From: a virus
DNA length: 64,000 nucleotides
IMG/VR virus record: IMGVR_UViG_3300045988_184160
Span: 107,260-171,259 of that record
Reading direction: 5' to 3' (one strand)
Of the stretch, positions 39,062 to 48,305 are shown piece after piece; positions within the stretch are counted from its first letter, which is position 1, and every line of letters begins with the position of its first letter. The notes below the pieces were generated by a model that worked only from the letters and a program-made list of their open reading frames with translations, did no database searches and had not been told where the DNA came from. Made by a program: the position numbers and the translations under genes.

Positions 39062-39922
39062 ATGAAAGCTCAGATCCTTATTTTCGACAACATCAACCTA
39101 CACACCCCAGAAAACGGGGAACAAACCAATACCCCACCAGTAGCAGCCTGTAAAACACCAGACGCTACAAATGGCGTACTGGATGCAGTGGCTAGCCTAC
39201 TTACTGAGGGCGCTTCGGGGCAATATGCAGGTATTGTGTTACGCAGCAAATCAGTTAGCTCTACTAGCGGCGATACGGAACTCTCTGACACTAACGCGCA
39301 TGATGCGTTGTTAGGGGAGCTTGAAGCACTAGGTGCCCCAAAGAAACCATATGTCACACCATCCTACGCTATCACTGTCGGAGAAAAGTACAGTAAACCA
39401 CAGATACTAGAAATACCCGAATACGGGTACTTCGCGGCAAGGATTGTCAATGGTTTCAACGTTAGAACTTCTGATGGGTCGAATAACGATTCAGTTTATG
39501 ATTTGTTCCTGCTGACTAGTATTTTCCCGGTTTCTATAGGCGAAGAAGAAAAAACTTTGAACCTCAACAACCAGAATTTTAAGGGCGAAATACTCAACCT
39601 GAACATTGAAGCTCAAGAAGCCCAACTGACTGGTAAAACTTGGTATAAGGTCACTGGTCTTGAACTAGGGAAAGACGAAATCTCAACCTACCTTTTCACC
39701 CCATACACTGGTGACTATTCACCACCCAAGGAGAGTGTAGCCATTGAAGAAGGATACGCATATGAAGAAAAAGTATCTCTTCTCTACAATGCTGGTATTA
39801 TCACTGGTGAAGAAACTGACCGTTACACTACAAGTTGTATAAACGACCCAGGGCCAAGCTACATATACTATCGTCTAACAGCTCAGGCCCTTGAATATGC
39901 TCACCGGAAGCAGGGAAGCTAA
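39062..39922 (+). CDS. hypothetical protein
   Basis: 286-aa ORF starting 16 nt after the previous stop. Confidence 0.55.
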   Translation: MKAQILIFDNINLHTPENGEQTNTPPVAACKTPDATNGVLDAVASLLTEGASGQYAGIVLRSKSVSSTSGDTELSDTNAHDALLGELEALGAPKKPYVTPSYAITVGEKYSKPQILEIPEYGYFAARIVNGFNVRTSDGSNNDSVYDLFLLTSIFPVSIGEEEKTLNLNNQNFKGEILNLNIEAQEAQLTGKTWYKVTGLELGKDEISTYLFTPYTGDYSPPKESVAIEEGYAYEEKVSLLYNAGIITGEETDRYTTSCINDPGPSYIYYRLTAQALEYAHRKQGS

Positions 39923-39972
39923 TTGTGTTGAGTGTGAAGATGAAGTTTCTGAGAACTAGTTGGAGGTGACCT

Positions 39973-41346
39973 GTGGTCTTAGTAAACCCTGTTCAAAATC
40001 AGGAAGAACCGCTGGGTGTCGCTATTGGTTTCTATGAGACTGGGTACCCCAGCATTACCCTGCGTGATGAGCATGGGGATAGGTGCCTCACGGTGGATTA
40101 TCGGGGGTATGTTCCTAATCTGCATATTGCTGTTCCAAGGAAGTCAAATACTGATATTGAGCTTCTACGCGAAAAAGGAGTTATACGCTCCTGCAACCCT
40201 GTAAAGACGGACTTTCAAGGTGGGGAACCAGTAGGGGTTTTCCCCCTTACTCGGAGGTGCGTGCTTGAGGTTTTCTCGGCGGTTACGGATCACTGTTCTT
40301 GTGTGCCTCAGGTGGATATAGATTTGGTGTCTTTAGAGGGATGCTCCGTTAGAGGTCCTTTTAGGGTCTCCTATCAGAAGCAGCTTCGAAATAGTGCAGC
40401 TGCGGACACTGTAAACACAGAGGCCCCCGCCAAGGGGTATGGTGAGATAAACATCCTAGAATATGCCCTAGAAAAAGCACAGGAACGCTGGGGAAGTAGC
40501 AGTGATATTGGCATACTTATCGCACAAGACGGAGACAACCAAGAACGCACTAACCTAGCACGGTGCGCCCAAGAAAATCTGTATACCCTAATTGTTGAAG
40601 AGCTTACCACACGGTGCGGACTGGGACTTGAGGGGCAATATTTCTTCGAAGATGACTGGAACGCACTGAAACGTATGATCCGTCAAGGCAAGGTTCCCCC
40701 TATCAGGTTGGGGGATGATGTGTGGGAGATCAGGTACTATGAATCCCCGCTGGAACGTCAAGACCCTTACTATAATGACTGGCACTATCGGTATGATTGC
40801 CTCGGGTTGCACCAAATCGAAAAACTGCGGGGCGGACAGTCTCAGCCTGATACAGGAAAAATTGAGTTCAAGCTTCTTACTAAGAAAAGCGGGATACTGC
40901 CGCGCGTAAACCAAAACCACGTGGAGCACGATACGGTTAGTAAGTTCACGATACGCAATGTAACTGAACACCCCGGAAGTATCATTGAATACGCTGTTCA
41001 ATGCGGGCGTAATATCGGACTTTCTCCCAATAATATTCGGCTCGTTGTGGGTGAAACACCTGCGGATAAAAGTGTTATCAGCAATAATATTATTAGTAAG
41101 GTAGTGGAAGAACTCACAGAGAAACAGGGGTTCACCGCTCCGGTAATCGACTATAAGAGTAACCCTTTGGGGTACCTGAGGGAACTCGTTGCCACGAACA
41201 AGAACACACCTATTGAATTGCCCTCTGGCAAATGGGTGCTCGCACTTACGGAAGAAACACGCCCAGAAAGAAGGCTGCAGAACGGTCTGATACAGGGATT
41301 TTATAAGCAGTATCATGTCTTGGAACTTACCCAGCAAACAGGATGA
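39973..41346 (+). CDS. hypothetical protein with internal duplication
   Basis: 457 aa with a GTG start. Two similar segments: LIVEELTTRCG...PIRLGDDVWEIRYYE and KVVEELTEKQG...PIELPSGKWVLALTE. Confidence 0.55.
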   Translation: MVLVNPVQNQEEPLGVAIGFYETGYPSITLRDEHGDRCLTVDYRGYVPNLHIAVPRKSNTDIELLREKGVIRSCNPVKTDFQGGEPVGVFPLTRRCVLEVFSAVTDHCSCVPQVDIDLVSLEGCSVRGPFRVSYQKQLRNSAAADTVNTEAPAKGYGEINILEYALEKAQERWGSSSDIGILIAQDGDNQERTNLARCAQENLYTLIVEELTTRCGLGLEGQYFFEDDWNALKRMIRQGKVPPIRLGDDVWEIRYYESPLERQDPYYNDWHYRYDCLGLHQIEKLRGGQSQPDTGKIEFKLLTKKSGILPRVNQNHVEHDTVSKFTIRNVTEHPGSIIEYAVQCGRNIGLSPNNIRLVVGETPADKSVISNNIISKVVEELTEKQGFTAPVIDYKSNPLGYLRELVATNKNTPIELPSGKWVLALTEETRPERRLQNGLIQGFYKQYHVLELTQQTG

Positions 41347-41398
41347 TGAATAATATTTGAAGGAATTGTTGGTTTCTATTTTAGGAAGGAAATACGCC

Positions 41399-42322
41399 AT
41401 GAACGATACACAGGATACGGTGAAGCCCTCGGGTGATGAGGGTGGGGCTGTGGATGATTCTCTGGACCATCTTATTATGATGTTTTTCAAGCTTGTTAGT
41501 GTCGTGATTCTAGGATTACTAGCTGTATCCCCAATATTGTTTGCACAGATCTTCTGGGGTTTCACTCATAAAGAGTTTCTTTACCTGCTGGGTGAGGGAC
41601 CTTTGGCGGTAGTTCTGTTTGTTACTATTATCATGATCTCAGTGAGGTTGATTGATAGTTTTAGCCCAGTTCTGAGGAGATTTTATCGTCTAACCGCATG
41701 GGTGCTGGTGGGGTGTTTCATTGCGTGCGCCGCTATCGTTGGTTGGCAGGTCAATGACTCGTCCCATGCTTGTTTCGCGTCTAGTAAGCACGCTGAGCTG
41801 CGTGCTATTGGGTGCTCCTATGTTGAAGAAGTTATTGTGGCGGATCAGGTTTTCTCCTACACGGAGTCGTATCCTCTGAGTAAAGAGGTGGGCGGTAAAA
41901 CAGTGAACGGAACACTCTATGTTGTGGATGCTGGTTATGATGGTGACCGTAAATACGGGCACGGGGATGAAATATTTATCCCCAAAGACGACATGAAAAA
42001 CAATGGGTACGGTGGGTACAGCGAATCGAAGGACTGGAAAAAATCCACTGGTATATTCAGCCCAGACAAGGGCACCACTAAACGGTACATCATCCACACC
42101 ACCAAAACCCAGCTGGTGCGCCCCATCACTGATCCGCAACCGAACTGGGAAGAAAAAGTTGAGCAACGATTCGGTGAACCAGACAAAGGTGCAGACTATG
42201 TTTACATGGGTGAAGTGTTCAAGAACCAACGGAAACACGAGCTGCAAGGTACTTACCTAGTTGGTGGGGGCACAATGGGGGATCACGTGCTCTGGAACAA
42301 GAACTTAGTCGAAGGGAGCTAA
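41399..42322 (+). CDS. membrane-anchored protein, function unknown
   Basis: ATG 41399 follows SD AGGAAGGAAA (ORF open from 41357). Three or four TM helices followed by a soluble domain. Confidence 0.55.
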   Translation: MNDTQDTVKPSGDEGGAVDDSLDHLIMMFFKLVSVVILGLLAVSPILFAQIFWGFTHKEFLYLLGEGPLAVVLFVTIIMISVRLIDSFSPVLRRFYRLTAWVLVGCFIACAAIVGWQVNDSSHACFASSKHAELRAIGCSYVEEVIVADQVFSYTESYPLSKEVGGKTVNGTLYVVDAGYDGDRKYGHGDEIFIPKDDMKNNGYGGYSESKDWKKSTGIFSPDKGTTKRYIIHTTKTQLVRPITDPQPNWEEKVEQRFGEPDKGADYVYMGEVFKNQRKHELQGTYLVGGGTMGDHVLWNKNLVEGS

Positions 42323-42326
42323 AAGC

Positions 42327-42776
42327 ATGGGTGCGCTAGAGCCGAGTGTCACGCAAGTAGCGTTCTTCTTCTTTCGCAAGCTGAAGCAGCATAGTATCTC
42401 AAAAATGAAGATGCACGCCCTCTGCTATCTAGTTCAAGGTTGGTGGGCGGCTAAAACTGGTGGGAAACTCTTTACAGAGGATTTCGAGGCGCGTAAACAC
42501 GGACCCGTGTCACCAACCCTGCAGAGTATCGGCACTCACGATAAGCACGGGTTCGTGAGGGAAGATTTCGATGGTGTACCCATGCCTAGGTTCAATGAGG
42601 AGGAAGAGAGGTTTCTGAATCTTCTGTTGTCTAGATACGGGTTATGCACAGGGATACAGCTGTCAGAGAAGATAAGGGATACCGCGCCATATGCTGACGC
42701 TAGAGCTTCGGTGGTGAATACAGTTATCCCTATTGAATGGATGATTGCTTATTATTCGCGGTTTTTAAAGAAATAA
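42327..42776 (+). CDS. Panacea (DUF4065, SocA/PanA-like) antitoxin-type protein
   Basis: KMKMHALCYLVQGWWAAKTGGKLFTEDFEARKHGPVSP matches the KLQKLLYYAQGW...F.AW..GPV signature. Starts 4 nt after the previous stop. Confidence 0.75.
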   Translation: MGALEPSVTQVAFFFFRKLKQHSISKMKMHALCYLVQGWWAAKTGGKLFTEDFEARKHGPVSPTLQSIGTHDKHGFVREDFDGVPMPRFNEEEERFLNLLLSRYGLCTGIQLSEKIRDTAPYADARASVVNTVIPIEWMIAYYSRFLKK

Positions 42777-42785
42777 CACGCAAGA

Positions 42786-42815
42786 GGAGGGGGTGCTGGG
42801 CACCCTCTCCTTTTT
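42786..42815 (+). terminator. intrinsic terminator
   Basis: GGAGGGGGTG / CACCCTCTCC stem with a 5-nt loop, followed by TTTTT. Confidence 0.65.
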
Positions 42816-43129
42816 GTTTAAAGATAGTTGTGCACTGGGTTCTGTTGCCACTCTGTGCGGTTCAGGTGTATACTGAAAGCCAATAAATGAACCAGAATAA
42901 AGACCATAAGAAAACACATCAACCCTTAGAAAGGAAACACCACACATGCTAGATATACACCTCACCGAAAAACACCTCAGCCGCATCACCTTCATCAACG
43001 GGCAGGGCTGGGACGAACCGCACCCCACCTGCGAAGGTTTCACCCTCACCACAGAAGTGAAGATAACCTCATGAGCAAAGAATCCATCCACAACGATTTC
43101 ATCACGATCATGAAAAGTATCTAGTTGTC

Positions 43130-43570
43130 ATGAGCACACAACCCACAAGCATCATCAACGTCGCACGGCACATCCTACTCTACGAGAGCGACGGAATGAC
43201 CATCATGAAGCTACAGAAGCTCTGCTACCTCACGCAAGCATACTCACTAGCATGGACAGGTGAAAGGCTCATCACAGAGCGGTTCTACGCCCACAAGAAC
43301 GGACCCTACAGCAAAGAACTCGCTACCGCCCTCAAAGGCATATACTTGGTGTACTACTCCGACCTGAAATACGCCCCAAAGTCCCCCATCCCAGTTGCAG
43401 GTGATAAAGTTATCATCGTGGATCAAGTACGCAAAACAATGCGAAGATTCAGCAGCGACGCCCTGAGAACAATGTTCCAGCACGAAGCGCCCCTACAAGC
43501 AGGACTGAAAAACAAGGCTGAGGACTACCTGATACCCGAGACGATGATGGAAGAATACTATAAGGAATAA
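43130..43570 (+). CDS. Panacea (DUF4065, PanA-like) antitoxin-type protein
   Basis: TIMKLQKLCYLTQAYSLAWTGERLITERFYAHKNGPYS. Confidence 0.8.
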   Translation: MSTQPTSIINVARHILLYESDGMTIMKLQKLCYLTQAYSLAWTGERLITERFYAHKNGPYSKELATALKGIYLVYYSDLKYAPKSPIPVAGDKVIIVDQVRKTMRRFSSDALRTMFQHEAPLQAGLKNKAEDYLIPETMMEEYYKE

Positions 43571-43572
43571 GC

Positions 43573-43896
43573 ATGATATTAGTTGAGAGAAGCCTTATCA
43601 ATGGCAGTAAAGAAAAAGAAGGATCATTCCTTAAATTATGGTTCTTCCTTTTTGTAGAAAATGTGATTTTCTTACTTGTTTCCGCATCCCCATTGTTAAT
43701 CACAGAGTTGATGTTAGGTGGTGGAATCACAGCTAAAATCTTAGAAAATTATATAATGCTACCTATAATACTGGGGTTACTTGCTTTGTTTTCATTTATC
43801 CCATTTATTATTTTGGAGCTTTTTAGCTTGACATATTCCCTTAAGAAGAAAATAGAAAAAGTATATAAGGAAATAGTTCCAGATGAAAAAAGTTAA
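43573..43896 (+). CDS. small membrane protein, candidate PanA-neutralised toxin
   Basis: 107 aa with two or three TM helices. Starts 2 nt after the PanA stop. AT-rich. Confidence 0.5.
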   Translation: MILVERSLINGSKEKEGSFLKLWFFLFVENVIFLLVSASPLLITELMLGGGITAKILENYIMLPIILGLLALFSFIPFIILELFSLTYSLKKKIEKVYKEIVPDEKS

Positions 43897-44323
43897 ATCA
43901 TTCGCAACCCACCCAGTGACGCTTCTCGCTGTCGCCGCAGCTGTGCTCTATTTCGGTTGGAAATTGGTGGTGGCTGCTGGTTTAGAGATAATGGTAGCTG
44001 GTTTTCTTTTGGGTATCATCACTATTTTCTCAGCTGGACTCCATGTGAGAATAGTATTTTATGGTGCGAAGGAAATCAGGGATAGACGGAAAAAGAAGTT
44101 GAAGCCAGCTTCTTTTACTGCAATAGGTTCAACGGTGATATCTGCGATTGTTCTAGCGGCCATGGCTGTGCTCCCTATTTTATATGGGCTTGAGGGAGTT
44201 TTCCTTGGCGTGTCACTACTTATGGTAACGGAGATGATATACGTACTGATTTATCATATTTGGTGGATGCTTGCTCCTTATTTTAGGCTCTATAAGGTTT
44301 CAGACAAAAAAGCTAGCTGTTAG
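43883..44323 (+). CDS. four-TM membrane protein
   Basis: 146 aa. Overlaps the previous gene by 14 nt. Confidence 0.5.
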   Translation: MKKVKSFATHPVTLLAVAAAVLYFGWKLVVAAGLEIMVAGFLLGIITIFSAGLHVRIVFYGAKEIRDRRKKKLKPASFTAIGSTVISAIVLAAMAVLPILYGLEGVFLGVSLLMVTEMIYVLIYHIWWMLAPYFRLYKVSDKKASC

Positions 44324-44355
44324 CAACATTTTATATCACAAGCGGTTTTTGATAT

Positions 44356-44393
44356 GAAACTGGGAGGTTCAGATTTTGTCTGATCCTCCCAGT
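44356..44393. terminator. bidirectional stem-loop between convergent genes
   Basis: AAACTGGGAGGTTCAGA / TCTGATCCTCCCAGTTT flanked by T/A runs. Confidence 0.6.
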
Positions 44394-44399
44394 TTTTCG

Positions 44400-44585
44400 T
44401 TATACAGGGTACCGCTGCAGGTGTATGCCCTCTTCTTCGTATATGTCATATATGCGCCCTTCGCGGGCCTCAATTATGGAGTATTCCACGTGTTCGCGTA
44501 TTTCTTCATCTGTTGCTTCAGCGTAGGCTTCTGCGACTGCCTGCCCAACTAGTGTCTTTACTTCTTCCAACTCTTCGGGTGTCAT
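44400..44585 (-). CDS. small, very acidic protein
   Basis: 61 aa rich in E and D (MTPEELEEVKTLVGQAVAEAYAEATDEEIREHVEY...). Confidence 0.45.
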   Translation of the reverse strand: MTPEELEEVKTLVGQAVAEAYAEATDEEIREHVEYSIIEAREGRIYDIYEEEGIHLQRYPV

Positions 44586-44719
44586 ATTCCTATGCTCCTA
44601 TAATCTATTGGTACTATATTTTATTGCTACAGATAGGGTATACGATTATGAGTGTAAACTGTTAATTCTCACCCGAATATTACGAGCCGAAAAGGAGGGT
44701 CTAATACCCCTAAGGGTTT

Positions 44720-45169
44720 TTACTTATAGAACTCCACCAAGTGGGTGTGTTTAATAACCTCCCCGTTGCGTTTACTGTGTCCGTCACGACCGTCACAGAC
44801 GACTTGATCCCAGTCGGAGGTTTTCTTGTACGAGTACCCAGTGTCAGTGTCTTTCAAGTCATCGTTTTCTTGAACCCATCCTTCTTCAGGGTTATCGTAT
44901 TTTCCTTGTTCGCGCCATTCGAAGTGTCCTTGCACCCAGATAGTGTCATCGTATGGGCACATGTTCATTGACCCGTCAGGGTTGAGGCAGGGGCGCATAC
45001 CATAGTTTTGTTGGTAGTATCCTGCTTGGTGGTTCCGTATTTCGATGCGTGTTTCTTGGAAGCTGTGGTTCGTGTCGCACGTGTTGGGGGCGTTGCACCC
45101 GGTGAGTAGCGTGAGTGAGGTGGCTACTGTGAGGGTTAGGTTTATGATTCTTTTATTCTTCTTTTTCAT
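44720..45169 (-). CDS. lipoprotein, paralog of 53547..53918
   Basis: Lipobox LLTGC. Shares the FEWREQGKYDNPEEGWV and YSYKK...VVCD motifs with the paralog. Confidence 0.65.
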   Translation of the reverse strand: MKKKNKRIINLTLTVATSLTLLTGCNAPNTCDTNHSFQETRIEIRNHQAGYYQQNYGMRPCLNPDGSMNMCPYDDTIWVQGHFEWREQGKYDNPEEGWVQENDDLKDTDTGYSYKKTSDWDQVVCDGRDGHSKRNGEVIKHTHLVEFYK

Positions 45170-45321
45170 GGTTGAACTCCTGTTGGTGATTACGTTTCGT
45201 TATCTGTCTAAAAATATAACATGTTTGTGTGGTGCTTGTAAACAGCAAAATGTTTGGGTATGAAAAAGCTCCTGCCTAGAGGCTAGTCGCTACTCTAAAC
45301 AGGAGCCAATGGGGGGTAATT

Positions 45322-45639
45322 CTACTTCCCGCGCTTCCTCTGCACATACACCCCATACTTGTCTTCAAGTACGGCTGAACGCCGCCCATCACCGACACCA
45401 TCCAGAAGGTCCATATCAACAACATCATAGCCCCCCCCTGAACGGAAGGTGAACCTCCTCTTGGCGTTGATCCGCCCGTTACGGGCAGTATCTAGGATGG
45501 TCTCACCCCAGCCTTCCTCACGCACAATATCGGATAGCAACCTGAAATGCTCATCCATGTTCTGCAGTTCCCATGTGCAGAGACCGGTTGACGGGTTCTC
45601 GTAGATTTTGCGGAACTCTACTGTTGTGGTGCTTTGCAT
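45322..45639 (-). CDS. hypothetical protein
   Basis: ATG at 45639 follows SD GAGGAG. The longer track ORF looks like an upstream extension. Confidence 0.5.
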   Translation of the reverse strand: MQSTTTVEFRKIYENPSTGLCTWELQNMDEHFRLLSDIVREEGWGETILDTARNGRINAKRRFTFRSGGGYDVVDMDLLDGVGDGRRSAVLEDKYGVYVQRKRGK

Positions 45640-45716
45640 TTTTACTCCTCTTTGACGGGGTGTTTCACGCCCCGTTATTGCCTTTACCTTTGTGTGCCTC
45701 AGTGACACTAGGGGGT

Positions 45717-46193
45717 ATGTTACCCATGTATAAGCATAACAGCCGCCCCAGTGCGGGAGAAAAACACGGAGAACACGACTTGAACCCTGAGCACATACTC
45801 TATCTTCTAGACCCAAACTACAAGCCACCCCAACCAAACACCCCAGAAGAGCTGGAAGCCCTCATTGGCGACAAGATAGCCCTCATGGAACTAGCTGAAA
45901 TCATACGAGCCAACCTCGAACTTATTGACGACGAGCTCGCTCAAAGTATCGAACCAGGTAAATCCCTGCAATACGGTGACTTCAAAATCACCCACACTAA
46001 ACCCCGCTCCACGTTTGATAAGGCGGCGTTTGAGAAAAAATACCCTGCAGACAAGTACCCTCACTTGTATGACCGGAAGGTAGTCCCAATTCCTGCTACA
46101 GCTTTGAAGAAAGTGATTTCCGGTAGCGAGTACAATGCGTTCCTGAAAACTTCTGGCAGGGGCGGGGCTATCACAGTAAAACACCAAGCATAA
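45717..46193 (+). CDS. hypothetical protein
   Basis: ATG 45717 follows a GGGGG stretch. Divergent from 45322..45639. Confidence 0.5.
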   Translation: MLPMYKHNSRPSAGEKHGEHDLNPEHILYLLDPNYKPPQPNTPEELEALIGDKIALMELAEIIRANLELIDDELAQSIEPGKSLQYGDFKITHTKPRSTFDKAAFEKKYPADKYPHLYDRKVVPIPATALKKVISGSEYNAFLKTSGRGGAITVKHQA

Positions 46194-46212
46194 GGCACCC
46201 GTAAACAAAAAA

Positions 46213-46260
46213 AGTAGCGGCTCAACTCTGAACATTCAAGTTCGGAATTGAGCCGCTACT
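46213..46260. terminator. bidirectional stem-loop
   Basis: AGTAGCGGCTCAA / TTGAGCCGCTACT arms between convergent genes. Confidence 0.6.
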
Positions 46261-46283
46261 CTCTTATGAATTAGGGTGTATTA

Positions 46284-46679
46284 TTACCGCAACTCAATAT
46301 CTGGGACAATGGTTTCCGGCTTGTAAACAACCTTATAATGATTGACAGAAACGTTAGCCGCGTCTACCTGCTCCACGAAATAGGTGACGTTATCCGACAA
46401 GCCAAGGAAATGCTTCTTGTAGTCGTCTTCACCTACCTTGCAGGTGACCTCAAGCTGCTTGTCGCCACCATCTTTCTTGATTGAGCATCTGCCCTCAATA
46501 GTCATCAGGTACTTGTCGGTGATGCCATTGAAGAAGACGATACGGCGGGTCACTTTGAAGTTGTCGCTGTCTTTTGATATGTTCCGTGAAGCCACATCGG
46601 CGTCGTTACTGCACCCAGCTAGTCCGATGCATGCAGATAGTGCGAGCGCGATAGCGGTGAGAGTTTTCTTGATTCTCAT
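46284..46679 (-). CDS. lipoprotein
   Basis: ATG 46679 follows SD AGGAAGGA. Signal peptide plus lipobox GLAGC. Confidence 0.65.
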   Translation of the reverse strand: MRIKKTLTAIALALSACIGLAGCSNDADVASRNISKDSDNFKVTRRIVFFNGITDKYLMTIEGRCSIKKDGGDKQLEVTCKVGEDDYKKHFLGLSDNVTYFVEQVDAANVSVNHYKVVYKPETIVPDIELR

Positions 46680-46701
46680 GGTCCGGTGATCCTTCCTTGT
46701 G

Positions 46702-46944
46702 TTAGGGGATGATGTAGTTGGGGTGAGTTGAGGGCACAAAAGGATTCCTGAGTGCCGACGTTGTTACCCGCGCTTTTCCGTTCTGATCAGTAATACGAAT
46801 GTTAGCGCCGTCCGCGTAATCGACTGAAATCCCGCTACCTCCGTTGGCGAAAGATACGTTGCTGATGCTTATGATAGCGCCATGCTGCGGTGCATACGAT
46901 AAAGCTATCATTTCTGCTTGTGTTTCAACATCAAAATTTTTCAC
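46702..46944 (-). CDS. hypothetical small protein
   Basis: 80-aa ORF, 22 nt upstream of the lipoprotein gene. Confidence 0.45.
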   Translation of the reverse strand: MKNFDVETQAEMIALSYAPQHGAIISISNVSFANGGSGISVDYADGANIRITDQNGKARVTTSALRNPFVPSTHPNYIIP

Positions 46945-47015
46945 ATTGATTCCCTTTTCTGAACATATGGGCAGGGGTTGGGGTAGTAGGAAGATACCCC
47001 AACCCCTAAGCCGCC

Positions 47016-47711
47016 CTACAGCCCGAGCTCACGCGCAATATCTGCACGGGTAGTACCCTCACCCACCAGAGCCTCATAACGGGCCTCAGGGGAGCTGTTA
47101 CGGAGCTCCTGTGCCGCCTCAACCTTCGACTCCTCCATAGAAATATGCTCCTCAAACCGTGCCATTTCACTAGACACGTCAGAACCATCGAACACACGCA
47201 TGGCTTCCGCCATATTCTTCTGCGCATCCACAGTGTTCTTGCGGGCAGTGAGCAGACTCAGGTCATTCTCTAGATCTTTCTTATGCTGCCTCATCTGATC
47301 TAGGCTTTCCTGTAACTCAGTGATCTTCGGTGCCTGCTCGTCAATAGCTGTCTGCAAAGCCTTCGCTTGCGCCTTCTGTGCGTCCAGCTTTAGCGCTAGA
47401 TCAATAGCAGCATTCTCAAGCTTTCCAGCCTTGACCGGATCCTTCTCATCCTTCGCAGCTTCCACAGCTGAGGGAACCATCTTACCAAGCTTCTCAATGC
47501 TCTCATTAAGCTTCGCAAGGTCCTTTTCACGCTGCTTCTGTAAAGCAATAACTCGGGCAACCGAAGCCTCAGCGTCAACGATCTGGCTGGTGTATTTACG
47601 GAGGGTATGCTGCATAGCGGCTTCACTGTTCTCGGCTTTATTGAGAGCGTAGTGTGCGTTCGCAGCGAAGATGTTCGTAAAACGTGACCAGAGGGTCTGT
47701 TTCTTACCCAT
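47016..47711 (-). CDS. pspA: PspA/IM30-family membrane-stress protein
   Basis: ATG 47711 follows SD AAGAGGTG. All-helical coiled coil with an N-terminal amphipathic WSRFTNIFAANAHYALNKAE and MARFEEHISMEESKVEA. Confidence 0.8.
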   Translation of the reverse strand: MGKKQTLWSRFTNIFAANAHYALNKAENSEAAMQHTLRKYTSQIVDAEASVARVIALQKQREKDLAKLNESIEKLGKMVPSAVEAAKDEKDPVKAGKLENAAIDLALKLDAQKAQAKALQTAIDEQAPKITELQESLDQMRQHKKDLENDLSLLTARKNTVDAQKNMAEAMRVFDGSDVSSEMARFEEHISMEESKVEAAQELRNSSPEARYEALVGEGTTRADIARELGL

Positions 47712-47842
47712 TTCGGGCACCTCTTTCTATATTTGATAGTTTCAGGTTTCCGCACCCACTCTTGTCTGGTGCGTGTAGGATAAGGCTATCATGCCGGCAA
47801 GCCGTTTCGCTAGTTCAGGTAGTGCACACCAGTGTTTCAGCA

Positions 47843-48265
47843 TTACTCGGAGATAATTTCCAGTAGGACATTCCGGTGACAATTCACTTGTTCCTCCTCA
47901 TAGCAGAGAAGCACAACGTTACCGCTCTCCGCTAAGCGTGTGACCTCCCGTAGTGCCTTCATTTTCGTGGGGTCACTGGTGATGATGTCACGGAACCTGT
48001 TTACGCACCGTGCATGGGGTCCTGTTCCTGGGGCGTCCCAGAATCCGTCACGGTTTTCTTTGGGGTTGCCGAGTTCTCTGAGGTGAATATAGTTGATCCC
48101 GTGTTTTTTGAGATGGTTTTTGAGTCTTGTTTTTGAGAACCCTGGTTTCCGTGAGATGGGGGTCAGGCGGACATCTACTACTGTCTGGGTGTTTCGTTCC
48201 AATAGTTGTTGGGCGTATTGGTCTATTGTTAGCCCTTGGTACCCTAGCCCTGTTATGTTTCCCAT
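47843..48265 (-). CDS. DUF488-family protein
   Basis: VVDVRLTPISRKPGFSK ... VVLLCYEEEQVNCHRNVL matches the DUF488 pattern. Confidence 0.75.
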   Translation of the reverse strand: MGNITGLGYQGLTIDQYAQQLLERNTQTVVDVRLTPISRKPGFSKTRLKNHLKKHGINYIHLRELGNPKENRDGFWDAPGTGPHARCVNRFRDIITSDPTKMKALREVTRLAESGNVVLLCYEEEQVNCHRNVLLEIISE

Positions 48266-48305
48266 GCGTGTCCTCACCTAACCCTTCTCTTGGTTCTGCT
48301 TGTTT

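Noticed and set aside
40588-41565. 325-codon antisense ORF, unusually long for this GC content, opposite 39973..41346.
   Set aside because: It is in exact codon register with the plus-strand gene, so it only needs that gene to avoid TTA/CTA/TCA codons. Its translation is F/R/C/I/P-rich and looks non-protein-like, whereas the plus-strand product has balanced composition, an internal duplication and operon context.
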